From: Histomonas meleagridis 2922-C6/04-290x
Lineage: Eukaryota > Protista > Parabasalia
Length of the DNA stretch: 64,000 bases
Direction: 5' to 3'
Assembly: GCA_020184695.1 (NCBI GenBank)
Contig: JAANOX010000280.1
Coordinates: 496,001-560,000, forward strand
Shown here piece by piece: positions 10,959 through 21,230 of this stretch. Made by a program: the position numbers and the translations under genes. Below the pieces are notes generated by a model. It searched no databases. It was not told the origin of the DNA and saw only the letters and a list, made by a program, of their open reading frames with translations. How positions within the stretch are numbered: the stretch's first letter is position 1; every line of letters starts with the position of its first letter.

Positions 10959-11927
10959 GGTTATGTGAAAACCGCGAAATTAAATTATTAAAGTTAGTAT
11001 GAAATATATTTTTGTTGCTTTCGGATTTCTTTTTATATCAGTGAAATCAATAAAGTTATTTCAGGATAAATAAAAAACAGAATGTTATACTTGTTTAGTT
11101 AGTGTTTTATTTAACTTTAATAATCGTTTTAATAATGAACTCTTTAGTTCACATATTTTGGAAACATAAAAATGTTTCACTGGGAATAAGAGTTTATATT
11201 TGAAGCACAAAAGAACATTTGTTTACAATAATGAATAATATTTGAATTAAATTTTATAAAATATATGGTATTTTGACAAAAAACTAAAGTGCGTTGGATT
11301 CAGGTTTTTGTAGGTTTTCAATATTTTTGATTGAAAATTATTTATCCATTCATTATTTTCAAAAAAATTATAGTGCCTTACAGTGTAGTATGTTGGCCAG
11401 ATCTAAATTAAATGAACAAATTTCCATTACGTTTGTAATTGATTTATCTTTTCCAAACAAACGAAATTCATTAAAAATAAAATAATATAAAAGGCCGCAA
11501 AGATTCTGTGGCATACAGGTTAACCTTGATTTAATTTTTCATTATATATTATGTAATAATTTTAAATTTAAAATATTCATTGATACTACTATCATGTTCG
11601 GAAGGTTTTACGTGTTATTGTGCGATATTTTCTTTTCTATTTGCTTTGCTTCTGAAAATGCAACCGGAAGATGCCACCGGAAGATAACGTATTTTTGTTG
11701 TTTTGCACAACTTTTTCTGGCTGTTTTTTAAACGGCGGATAATTTTTTAGAAAAGATCACACATTTTTAGTCACTTTTAAATTTTGAATGATCTCTGGTC
11801 GTCACCCTGATCGTTCTTACGCCCAAAAAAGAAACCTTTTTTGAAAACTTTACGAAGTTTTTGAGAAAAGATCGTATCTCAATAATTCAATGAAAGGTTG
11901 TTCGGGCAGGGAAGCTTCATTATTTTC

Positions 11928-14018
11928 ATGTCCGCGACTCAAAGACATTCTTCTGAGTATTCAGGCAAAGGTCGAGAACTCAGTTCATATTCAAAGTCAT
12001 CAGATTCACGAGAAGTTACCGATTCAGAGAAGAAAAGGGCGAGGGCCCAAATTTATGGCTATCTTTTCCATAACTGGATGGCCATAGTTGCTGTGTTCCC
12101 ATCATTCATTATGGGCGCAGTTCCAATTTTAATGTATTTTGTATTTGGTGATATGATTACAGCTCTTGCAATGTATTATGCAGCTGCAATTGATCCCCTC
12201 GATACAATTTCAACACAAGCAATTTACTTGGTTATTATTGCAATTGTCAGTGGCATTTGTAAGTTTGCAGATTCATTATTATGGATTCGTGTAGGTAACT
12301 ACATTTCAACCCATCTTAAGAGAAATCTCTTTTCCAAGCTTATGCAAAGTGAAGTTTGCCTTTTCGATGTTAGATCAATTGGTAACATTTTAGCCTTACT
12401 TAACGAAGATTCACAAACAGTCGAACAAGCATTTGGTCAAACAAAAGGTATGCAAGTACAAAGTATTGCCCAATTCTTGATGGGTATCATTTTATCATTT
12501 GTTTATTCATGGAAACTTGCCTTAGTTGCACTTGCCACAGTTCCAGTTATTTTCATTTTCACAGCCATTCTTATTCCATGTATGATCAAACAATCCACGA
12601 TTCGTTTTGGTCATGTTGCAAATTCAATGACAATTGCCGATGAAGTTCTTGGTTCAATGCGTACTGTCAAAGCAGCACGTCGTGAGCAAAAGGAATACGA
12701 ACGATTTTCCGAGAAAGTTTATGCCGCACGTCATAATGAACGTATGATGGGTCTCATCATTGTTCTTCTTATTACACTTATTATGGTTACAGTTTGGGCC
12801 GCATGTATTGGTAACCTTTATTGGGGCGCACATCTTGTTGCCGATGGCGAAATGGAAGTTGGTAATCTTTTCTCTGTTTTCGGTTTCACAATGATGGGCT
12901 GCATGGGTATGATTCAACTCCAAGGCTCACTTCAAGGTGAACAAAAGGCCATTGTCTCCGGAGCACGTATTCTTAATCTTACCAACCGCGAACCAGAAAT
13001 TCCATTTGAAGGAGGTGAACAAATCGAAGACTTCAAAGGAAGGATTGAGTTCATGAATGTTTCCTTCAAGTATCCGACACGTGATATATATGTATTACGT
13101 AATGTTTCATTTGTTATCAAGGCAAACCAAATGGGTGCATTAGTAGGACATTCAGGTTCAGGTAAATCAACATGTGTACAATTACTTGAACGATTTTATG
13201 ATGTTGAAGAAGGAACAATTCTTCTTGATGGACATGATATTCGTTCATTAGATCCACGTTGGTTACATCGTAAGATTGGACTTGTACAACAAGAGCCAAC
13301 ACTTTTCCAATTGTCAGTCAAAGAAAACATCAAATATGGTGCGCCAGATGTCTCTGATGAAGAAGTATATGCCGCCGCAGAAGTTGCAAATGCTCTGAAA
13401 TTCATTGAGAAACTTGATAATAAATTCGATCAAATGGTCGGTGAAAAAGGTGGCGCATTATCTGGTGGTCAAAGACAACGTATTGCCATTGCAAGAGCTG
13501 TTGTTAAGAACCCAGTCATTCTTATTACTGATGAAGCTACATCTGCACTCGATGCTGCTTCTGAAAAGAAAGTACAATATGCATTAGATAAGGTTATGGA
13601 AGGAAGAACATCTGTCATCGTCGCACATAGACTTAGTACCATTAGAAACGCCGATATCATTTACGTGTTCGATACTGGTGAAATTAAAGAGCAAGGTAAA
13701 CATGACGAATTGGTGAAGAAGGGCGGATACTACTTTAACTTGGTAAGAAGACAATTAACAGAAGAAGACGTGAAGAAGGCAACTGAGGAACAAAAGAAGA
13801 GAGAAAAGGAATTGGAGAAAGAGGGTAAAGTTAAGGAAGAGCCAAAGAAGAAACAACAGCCAAAGAAGGACGAAAAGAAATCACCAAAGAAGAACCAAAA
13901 ACAAGCTCCAAAGAAGAACCAAAAAAGTGAATCTTCTTCAGAATCATCTTCAGAGTCATCATCATCAGAAACTTCCTCAGAAGAAATCTCAGATTTAGAA
14001 TCATCAACATCAGATTAA
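11928..14018 (+). CDS. ABCB (MDR/TAP-type) half-transporter with K/E/S-rich tail
   Basis: Six-TM domain, then Walker A GHSGSGKS, Q-loop VQQEP, signature LSGGQRQR, Walker B ILITDEATSALD, H-loop VAHRLST; ATG 11928 follows a TCATTA Inr-like motif. Confidence 0.95.
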   Translation: MSATQRHSSEYSGKGRELSSYSKSSDSREVTDSEKKRARAQIYGYLFHNWMAIVAVFPSFIMGAVPILMYFVFGDMITALAMYYAAAIDPLDTISTQAIYLVIIAIVSGICKFADSLLWIRVGNYISTHLKRNLFSKLMQSEVCLFDVRSIGNILALLNEDSQTVEQAFGQTKGMQVQSIAQFLMGIILSFVYSWKLALVALATVPVIFIFTAILIPCMIKQSTIRFGHVANSMTIADEVLGSMRTVKAARREQKEYERFSEKVYAARHNERMMGLIIVLLITLIMVTVWAACIGNLYWGAHLVADGEMEVGNLFSVFGFTMMGCMGMIQLQGSLQGEQKAIVSGARILNLTNREPEIPFEGGEQIEDFKGRIEFMNVSFKYPTRDIYVLRNVSFVIKANQMGALVGHSGSGKSTCVQLLERFYDVEEGTILLDGHDIRSLDPRWLHRKIGLVQQEPTLFQLSVKENIKYGAPDVSDEEVYAAAEVANALKFIEKLDNKFDQMVGEKGGALSGGQRQRIAIARAVVKNPVILITDEATSALDAASEKKVQYALDKVMEGRTSVIVAHRLSTIRNADIIYVFDTGEIKEQGKHDELVKKGGYYFNLVRRQLTEEDVKKATEEQKKREKELEKEGKVKEEPKKKQQPKKDEKKSPKKNQKQAPKKNQKSESSSESSSESSSSETSSEEISDLESSTSD

Positions 14019-14109
14019 ATAAAATAAATTGATTTTCTTTTAAATGTGATTTTACTTTATCAATAGTTAAATACGTGTAAATCTTTAAAATGGAACTGTG
14101 GAACTAATT

Positions 14110-14740
14110 AAAATAATACTTTGAAGTAGTTAAATTTCTTATTGATCATTTGATGATATTAATGCTAAAATGTTGATTTGCTTAATTTAATATTCGTTTG
14201 GATGATTTAATATTTTAAAATGATATTTGGAATTTATTTAAAATACTTATGGGAGCAACTATTTATTTAATTAAAAAGAATAACATTGAATTAGTTAAAT
14301 TATTTGTTGAAATGGAAGGAATTGATGAAAACGTCAAAGATATTTGTATGCTTTATTTAATTTTTATTATATTAATTTATGTTTTAATGTGGTATTTGGA
14401 ATTGATTCAAAATATTTAAAACAGCACTTATTTATGCAGCTTCAGGTGGCAATGATGAAATTGTGAGACTTAAACATTAAGAAATCAATGTCAATGCACA
14501 ATGTAATAACAACTTGTATTTAGAGATTTTTAATATTATTTTGGGTTCAAAATTGAAATTTAAAAACAAAGTAATTTATTCGAAACAGCATTGATTAGAG
14601 CATCTATATATGGTTCCACTGAAATAGTGTAATTATTACTTACACGAAAGGAAGAAAAACATTTCATTATGCAAATGTAAATAGTTATAGTGAAATCATA
14701 AAATTACTTAAGGAGGACAAGGAAAATCTCAATGAATAAA
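14110..14740 (+). pseudogene. Decayed ankyrin-repeat gene with spacer-interrupted repeats
   Basis: Blocks FEVVKFLIDH..DINAK, MGATIYLIKKNNIELVKLFVEMEGIDENVKD (14249-14341), KTALIYAASGGNDEIVRL, ETALIRASIYGSTEIV* separated by 76/76/77-nt spacers; stops occur inside some blocks. Confidence 0.75.
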
Positions 14741-14859
14741 CTATTGATCTTGGAGATACATTACCAATAAATTCTTAATATAAATTTCATTTTGTTACAT
14801 ATAAAATTATAAAACCATTATTTATTTCAAAAACATAACGAATTTATATTATTTTAAGT

Positions 14860-15260
14860 GCAGACAGTACAAGTCTGTTTACATAAGTTAGATGTCTGTG
14901 TACCATAATTAATTTCTTCAAAAATGTTTCTTCGCCTCAAGCACAGACAATGCTCTTTGGTAATTGTACATATTATTTGATGTGGGGGACAAAATCAGTG
15001 AAATGCTGTTCAACTTCTTCAGCAATGTTGAAAATATGCTAAAGAATCCTATAAATTGAAGAACTTGTGGAGGTCTTTGAAGAACTATAAGTAAAACATT
15101 GTTGAATTTGAAGTCGTTTAGATGTGTTTAGTGAATTTTGTTGCTATTTGCTAGTATACATGAGTTGGATTTATCTCATTTTGTTAATGTTCTATAACAG
15201 ATTTAATTTCGGAGGACAACCAATCATTGCCATCAAAACTTTTGGGGATATTTGAATTTA
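14860..15260 (-). pseudogene. Unidentified gene relic
   Basis: One - frame reads HIFNIAEEVEQHFTDFVPHIK*YVQLPKSIVCA*GEETFLKKLIMVHRHLTYVNRLVLSALK with scattered stops; higher GC than flanks. Confidence 0.3.
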
Positions 15261-15933
15261 TGATGCAATTTGAAGGATCAACATTAACAACTGATAAAGC
15301 ATTTTATACTTGTGCAAAATTATATATATCTTATAAATATTTAACATAATAGATGTTAACAAAAAATTTGGAAAAACGATTAGATAATTCGTTTTTGACT
15401 TCTCATAAATCATTTTCATGAAAAATTGAGTATATACATCTAAAAATATGAAAAACATAATATATTTTATTTTGGATAACTTTAATTGATGGTCCACGCT
15501 TTCAGAATTCCTAATACAATAAATCCAACCCGACCAAAGAGAGAACATCATAACATAACAAATCAACACAAGAATAGAAATCATATATTTTAATGAAATG
15601 TTTGTAATCCTTTTCCCACAGATAAAATGCCAAATAAAACATAAATATGATAATCAATACACGAAAATTGAACTTAAACGAAAAACCTGTTTGGTCTTTT
15701 TAATGAACAAACGACAAAAATCGAATATCAATAAAAAAGAGATTCAACATTACCAAGTTTTGATATCGAAAATAAAAAGCACAAAATAATCACAATTGTA
15801 TTATTAATAATTTCATTTTTTTTTTTTTATTATCAAAACTCCATCTAAACGAATGTTTTACTTTTAAAGATTTAATTAATCAAAAATCATTTCTAAATTA
15901 AAACAAATATTACATTTATTCATAATAAATATT

Positions 15934-17025
15934 TCACTTTTTCCTATTTCTTGGCTTCTGCGGCTTCAGATACCTTTCGTGTATTAATTTATTCTCTTCG
16001 AGATACTTCGGCGCATGGTCTGCCACCCACGATTGCCAATAGAACGGCGTTGATCTCCTTGCGGCGTTCAATTCTTCCACGCTAGCGCTCGGCCCTTTAC
16101 TGTTATTCTCGTCGGACAGTTCGCATAGCGTCGCGTGGCCGGCGATTTCCGCCTCGATCGCTTCGAATGGATTTCGCGCAACCGCCGAAAGTAATTCTAT
16201 GTATTCCATTTGGGTCAGTGCCTTCGCTAGAGACGTATTTAGCTCAGGATTAAGGAGAGGTTGGATCGGAGTTGCCAAATCGATCAGATCGGGTAATGTC
16301 AAAAACACATTATGCCTTGGATTCTGTTGGGAGAAGTTGAATGTGAGCCTGACGGGCTGAAGAGGAAGAAGGTTCTGGCGAACGAGGTTGGGAAGTTGGC
16401 CAAGTGAGATTTCATCAGCTTGAAATGCATTACGAAGACAATCATCGCAATGAATGATCCCATCATCAATGAGCGAATGAGATGCTATGTAATCACTAAC
16501 AGTTAGAACGATTTTAGCAAAAGATTCTGCTGAAAATCCAACAACGGGTTTGAGTTCATCAGAAACCGAGTAATAGGTAAGTGGGAAACTGGGATAGAGT
16601 ACACATGTATAAGTGAGTGGAAATGATGGAGAATTGATTATATATTCAAGGCCATCTATTTCTAAACATTCTGGACTTCTATTCCATTCAAAATGATCTA
16701 GACCCAAATCAATTGAAATCTTATCAAAGTATGATGAAAGAATATTTGAACATTTTTGATGAAACATCGTGATAAAAAAACGAAAAGAATTCCCAACAAA
16801 TGGCTCAACCTTTGATGATACTAAAACTGAAAGCGGCTCTTTGTCTAATTTTTTTATGTTGTTAAAAGAATTCTTTTCTAAAGAAAAACGATCCTTAAGA
16901 AATTGAAGTAAAGATATATAATAACCTTGTTTTTGACATTCTTCACTAAGAGAGTGGACTTCACTTTTAGCTTTTTCATCATCAATACTACATGGTTTGG
17001 AGAGAAGAGCGAGTTTAGCTTCCAT
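15934..17025 (-). CDS. Hypothetical protein (~363 aa; open frame extends to ATG 17076)
   Basis: Long stop-free ORF with coding-like composition; ATG 17025 follows TCAATTCACAA (Inr-like); no family recognised. Confidence 0.75.
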   Translation of the reverse strand: MEAKLALLSKPCSIDDEKAKSEVHSLSEECQKQGYYISLLQFLKDRFSLEKNSFNNIKKLDKEPLSVLVSSKVEPFVGNSFRFFITMFHQKCSNILSSYFDKISIDLGLDHFEWNRSPECLEIDGLEYIINSPSFPLTYTCVLYPSFPLTYYSVSDELKPVVGFSAESFAKIVLTVSDYIASHSLIDDGIIHCDDCLRNAFQADEISLGQLPNLVRQNLLPLQPVRLTFNFSQQNPRHNVFLTLPDLIDLATPIQPLLNPELNTSLAKALTQMEYIELLSAVARNPFEAIEAEIAGHATLCELSDENNSKGPSASVEELNAARRSTPFYWQSWVADHAPKYLEENKLIHERYLKPQKPRNRKK

Positions 17026-17086
17026 TTGTGAATTGAAAAGTTTTAAACGGCTTTTCGACCGTTTATTGTTACTCATCCACTAAAAA

Positions 17087-17701
17087 ATGGAAACAGGAAC
17101 AGACGTTTCATCAAATTTATCTTTTGAACAAAGTGTACTCGGTGATTATGATACCCTTTTTGATCGAGAAGTAATTATTAATTTTAATTCAAAAGAAAAG
17201 CGTATTATTAGATTAAAAATCTTAAAAAAGCAAGATGAAGAAGGTGCAACAGAAGAAATTTGCATTGAAATGATTGATGATAACAACATTTGTTTTTGCG
17301 TCGAATGTATTATTACACCTGATAAATTTAAAGAAATTAAAAAAGAAAATTCGTTACTCATTGATTTTGAACAGTTTCCAAAATCAGTAATCGAACTCCT
17401 TGAGCTAAGTGTCAAAAGCCCAAAAGAAGCCGAAATTATTTTTACATTTGATGAAAATACATTAGACGGAACTATCTCCTTCATACAAACATTAAGGCTT
17501 AGGAAAGTTGTGATTTTCAAGCTTAACTTTGTTAGGTCATCTGATGAATTCACCAAAGCTGAAGTTCAACACAGATTCAACAAAGCAAGAACAGAGTTGC
17601 AGAAAAAAACCAAAATACTTGAATCCAAGCTTGCAAAAATTGAAAGCATTAATCCTTCTTATGCGAAGCAAGTTTGGAAAATCATCGAAGCAATTGAATA
17701 A
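17087..17701 (+). CDS. SAS-6 N-terminal-domain protein (short SAS-6-like)
   Basis: TLFDREV, FKEIKKENSLLIDFEQFPKSVIELL, ISFIQTLRLRKVVIFKLNF resemble the SAS-6 head (PISA region), followed by only about 50 aa of coiled coil. Confidence 0.7.
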   Translation: METGTDVSSNLSFEQSVLGDYDTLFDREVIINFNSKEKRIIRLKILKKQDEEGATEEICIEMIDDNNICFCVECIITPDKFKEIKKENSLLIDFEQFPKSVIELLELSVKSPKEAEIIFTFDENTLDGTISFIQTLRLRKVVIFKLNFVRSSDEFTKAEVQHRFNKARTELQKKTKILESKLAKIESINPSYAKQVWKIIEAIE

Positions 17702-18049
17702 TGTATTCATTTTGATATCCTTATCATATCTCAATTTCCTCTTTTGATAAACAATTTTAAAATATCATTTTTATCAACAAACGCATAACTTTTTTTTCCT
17801 GTGCACAGATATTTTTTGCTCACGAACCCCTTCTTTTCGATATAACGATAAATCTATTTCAGAATATTACGATAAAATAATCACTGAATTTTGTATTGAT
17901 TCATTGAATATTCAATTTAACACACATTGATACAAAATATAATTTTCCGTAAGCCTTAAAAAGCATTTTAATTCATTAGCTCAACCATATTTTGAATTGG
18001 ATTTGGCACGTTGAAGAAATAATTATTCAGAAAAATGTATTTATGAGGC

Positions 18050-19288
18050 TTAGAGATATGTGATTCTGAATTCTTGTTGTTTCTTAAGTTCGCTTGATTG
18101 CTTCATCATAACGAATGGGTTTTCTCCGCCCACGTAAGTGACTGCATGATCGTTTTGTACTGCTACAACGCGCTTATTCTTATATGTGAATCTTTGGTTA
18201 TGTCGTCCGTGAACATAAAACACGTAAAATGGAGTGCCTTCAGGTGGGTCGAGGTCATCGGCATTAGCAACATCGAACACCCAACCTTCTCTTGACAATG
18301 CTCTGACAATTGTGATGTCATCGCCATCACCGAAAACAAACTTCTGAGCAATGTCGTCGCGGTTTGGTTGCGCAAGTTCGAACTTGTAACCAGCGGAGTT
18401 AAGGTAAAGTTCGTCAGTTAACCTTAAAGCAAGTTTCTTGCCATCGACGGTCATTGTGAGCATGAACGGCTTTCCGGAAATTGGGGCGTAGCAAAGGTCT
18501 TGCTTGAGGGCGGCAAGTTGTGTGTATAAGAGCTTGTCATCGACATTGCCATAAAGATCTTCTGGATCAAGATATACTGGAACACCGGCCTTTTCACATG
18601 CTTGAAGAGCAATTGCGGCATTCTTTTCGGTCTCTTCTGGGTTAAGTGAGTCGTAGTCAACACAGTCTGGTCTGAAGGAATGAACAAGTGCGCAGATGGA
18701 GATTGGATAATCTTCAAATGGAGCAGCGGCTGGATAGCCTGCAACTTGCTTCTTGCACCAGGCAATGAGTTGTTGAAGAACATTGTTGGCTGGCTTTGGC
18801 TTTGGTTGGGATTGTGGCTTTGGAGCTTCTTCACCTTCAAGATCAAGGTCAATACTGCGCTCAACAACAGGTGGTTCTTCATCATCATCAGAATCAGAAC
18901 TTGTTGTACCTGCAACTTTTGAGATGTTGTATTTCATGATGAGAATCCAAACAAAACCAAGTGTAAGCTTGATGTCACCTTCGAAAATATCTCTACCTGA
19001 GATGTTAACAAGCTTGACACCTTCATCTTCGATGTGCTTTACAGCAAGGTTGCAATTTTCAAGCATTTGAATGTCTCTTGTTGGTTGGCGAGACCACTTT
19101 GCTTTAAGCTTCTCACCAGTGAGGAGTTCAACTAAGTTGACAAGGTTAACACCATCATGGAATTCTGTTGTGATGTCCTTGAAATTAATATTTCTCTCTT
19201 TAAGGATATTGGCAACCCAACGTGAGAACACTGTAACTTGACGTGTTTGGTATTGAAGATCAACCTTTGACAATGAGCTTCTTGGCAT
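18050..19288 (-). CDS. Actinin-type tandem calponin-homology protein with a C-terminal beta-trefoil-like domain
   Basis: CH1: QVTVFSRWVANIL, DITTEFHDGVNLVNLVELL, QMLENCNLAV, LVNISGRDIFEGDIKLTLGFVWILI; CH2: LIAWCK, ICALVHSFRPDCVDY, AALQACEKAGVPVYLDPEDL; tail has three QxF motifs. Confidence 0.85.
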   Translation of the reverse strand: MPRSSLSKVDLQYQTRQVTVFSRWVANILKERNINFKDITTEFHDGVNLVNLVELLTGEKLKAKWSRQPTRDIQMLENCNLAVKHIEDEGVKLVNISGRDIFEGDIKLTLGFVWILIMKYNISKVAGTTSSDSDDDEEPPVVERSIDLDLEGEEAPKPQSQPKPKPANNVLQQLIAWCKKQVAGYPAAAPFEDYPISICALVHSFRPDCVDYDSLNPEETEKNAAIALQACEKAGVPVYLDPEDLYGNVDDKLLYTQLAALKQDLCYAPISGKPFMLTMTVDGKKLALRLTDELYLNSAGYKFELAQPNRDDIAQKFVFGDGDDITIVRALSREGWVFDVANADDLDPPEGTPFYVFYVHGRHNQRFTYKNKRVVAVQNDHAVTYVGGENPFVMMKQSSELKKQQEFRITYL

Positions 19289-19294
19289 TGAATT

Positions 19295-19300
19295 AAGTGA
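19295..19300 (-). promoter_or_regulatory. Inr element of the CH-domain gene
   Basis: TCACTT on the - strand 6 nt upstream of the ATG at 19288. Confidence 0.55.
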
Positions 19301-19984
19301 GATGAAAATTTAAGCCATGTCAAACAGTTCGATTTGTTCTGAAAAAGTAAATGAGTGGTCGGGCACTTACCGATTATACATGATTCAAAATTTGGCGGTT
19401 GGAGAGCTGACTGTAGTGGTGAATTTGCCAACGCAATTCAATTTACTTTTTTTGGGAAAATTTCAAAGAGATCTTCGTTTGCTTTTTCAATAAATTGAAT
19501 ATATTTTAGTTCAAATTTATTTATGACACCAGCGTTCAAATAATTTTTCAAGGAATATCGACCACCCAAAAAATTACTGGTTCGAATATTGTTCGGACGA
19601 GAAATGATTTTTGCAATCTATTAAGCGTTAACCTATGATAGGATGTTTTTTATTCAGATTGTTGAATTAATTTGCAGATTTATTTCATTTAATTACAAAT
19701 TGTTGAAAACATGCATATCAAATAAATGTTACTATGATTAAATGTGACATTTACAATTTAATTTTTCATTTGACAATGCAATAATTCAACATTAAAGTAT
19801 GAAAATTTTGTAATTGATCTAAAAATAATTATTATTAATGTACAAAAACAATTTTGTTGAAACAATTTTTGTTTTCATTAATAAAGAATCATTTCTTTCT
19901 CTCCCAGTAAGTTTCACAAACATTTATGAATAAAAATGCGCACTTTTATATGTTTATTTATCTATTTGACCTAACAAACATTTA

Positions 19985-20911
19985 TTACCTCAAAACAGCA
20001 TAACTCCTCAAGTTAAGCATTATCAAAACAAGGAAGAAAGCAGCTAAAAACACCAGAAATGCACCTGATACCATGAAAACAAGCGGCAGAAACAGTACAC
20101 TCTGTTGCAAAACTGATGACTCCGTAATGATTATATGTTTTTCGCCACCAAAACTTTCTGTCGGATAATTTGATTGAATTTGTATTTCATATTTTCCTTC
20201 TTTAAGTTCGCAATCTTTGCAAATTCCGTAATCCTTAACAACATTTGAGAAAGAAGATGTACGCATCCAAACGATGAAGTGTGGATCTGTTTGATTTCCT
20301 GGGAAAAGTTGGTTATCCTCAAGCCATTTTAAGCCAGTTACATATCCTTCTGAAAGAGGCTTGAAGAGGAGTTTTTCTGCTTGAAGAGTAATTATGTCTT
20401 CTTTGAAAAATGTTGAATCATTTGTGAATACAAAAGTGTCATTAAAGACAGAGAGTGCATACATACCACATGGAAGAATGAAATCCGATTCATTGGTGCT
20501 TCCATTTATTGAACGATATGGCGCACATGATTCCATATCTTGGTATGATACATAATCGCCTGCGAGTTGTGAACTAACCTTAGAATAACTAAAGCGCCTG
20601 TGATTTTGATGGAATTTAGTAAGCTTGTATTGTAAATGTAAATCTCCTTTCATGTCTGAATCAATGTTTATTGGAACAGTACATATTAATTTTGTAACTG
20701 GACATATATCATCGTAGCGTACATCGACATAATGTATTTTTTTGTGTTCAAGATAATATATTATCCCAATTATGAATAAAATAACTCCAAGAACAAAAAA
20801 CAAAATTACAGCACGTTTTGGTGTAAGGATTGGTCGCCATGATGGTAGTGTTTGTTCTTCAAATTTCTGACGGAATGTTTGAGGTTGGTTTGCTTCTTCC
20901 TCTTGGATCAT
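19985..20911 (-). CDS. CDC50/LEM3 family (P4-ATPase beta subunit)
   Basis: FEEQTLPSWRPILTP, LTKFHQNHRRFSYS, ILPCGMYALSVFNDTF, DPHFIVWMRTS, two TM helices; ATG at 20911 (track start 20953 is not ATG). Confidence 0.93.
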   Translation of the reverse strand: MIQEEEANQPQTFRQKFEEQTLPSWRPILTPKRAVILFFVLGVILFIIGIIYYLEHKKIHYVDVRYDDICPVTKLICTVPINIDSDMKGDLHLQYKLTKFHQNHRRFSYSKVSSQLAGDYVSYQDMESCAPYRSINGSTNESDFILPCGMYALSVFNDTFVFTNDSTFFKEDIITLQAEKLLFKPLSEGYVTGLKWLEDNQLFPGNQTDPHFIVWMRTSSFSNVVKDYGICKDCELKEGKYEIQIQSNYPTESFGGEKHIIITESSVLQQSVLFLPLVFMVSGAFLVFLAAFFLVLIMLNLRSYAVLR

Positions 20912-21230
20912 TCCGCTTGGCCGACCAGAATTCTTTTTAAAATAAAATCCCAAGAAAAAATTGAATTGTTTACTTCATAAACCAACAATTTTTGAATGGG
21001 ATCAAGACAGAAGTTTAAAGAAAAATCTTCGAAGACAAATATCATTCATGATTTTATCAATAGCCTGCCATTTGGAGCTCTAACAAATTTGAAACTATGT
21101 TTTGATTCAATTTTATGCTTATTTGAACGTATTTCTCATCCAAAAGCAAAAACATTTCACCTCAATTAAGTTTAAAAACATTTCTAAAGAAACAAATTTA
21201 AATTTTTTACTACATGAAACGAAACATTTC

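Noticed and set aside
13780-14018. Repetitive PKKNQK/poly-Ser tail of the ABC transporter
   Set aside because: Ordinary low-complexity disordered tail; not treated as a separate feature.
15258-15789. Two short hydrophobic/basic ORFs (108 and 63 aa)
   Set aside because: Composition typical of random AT-rich intergenic DNA; no motifs.
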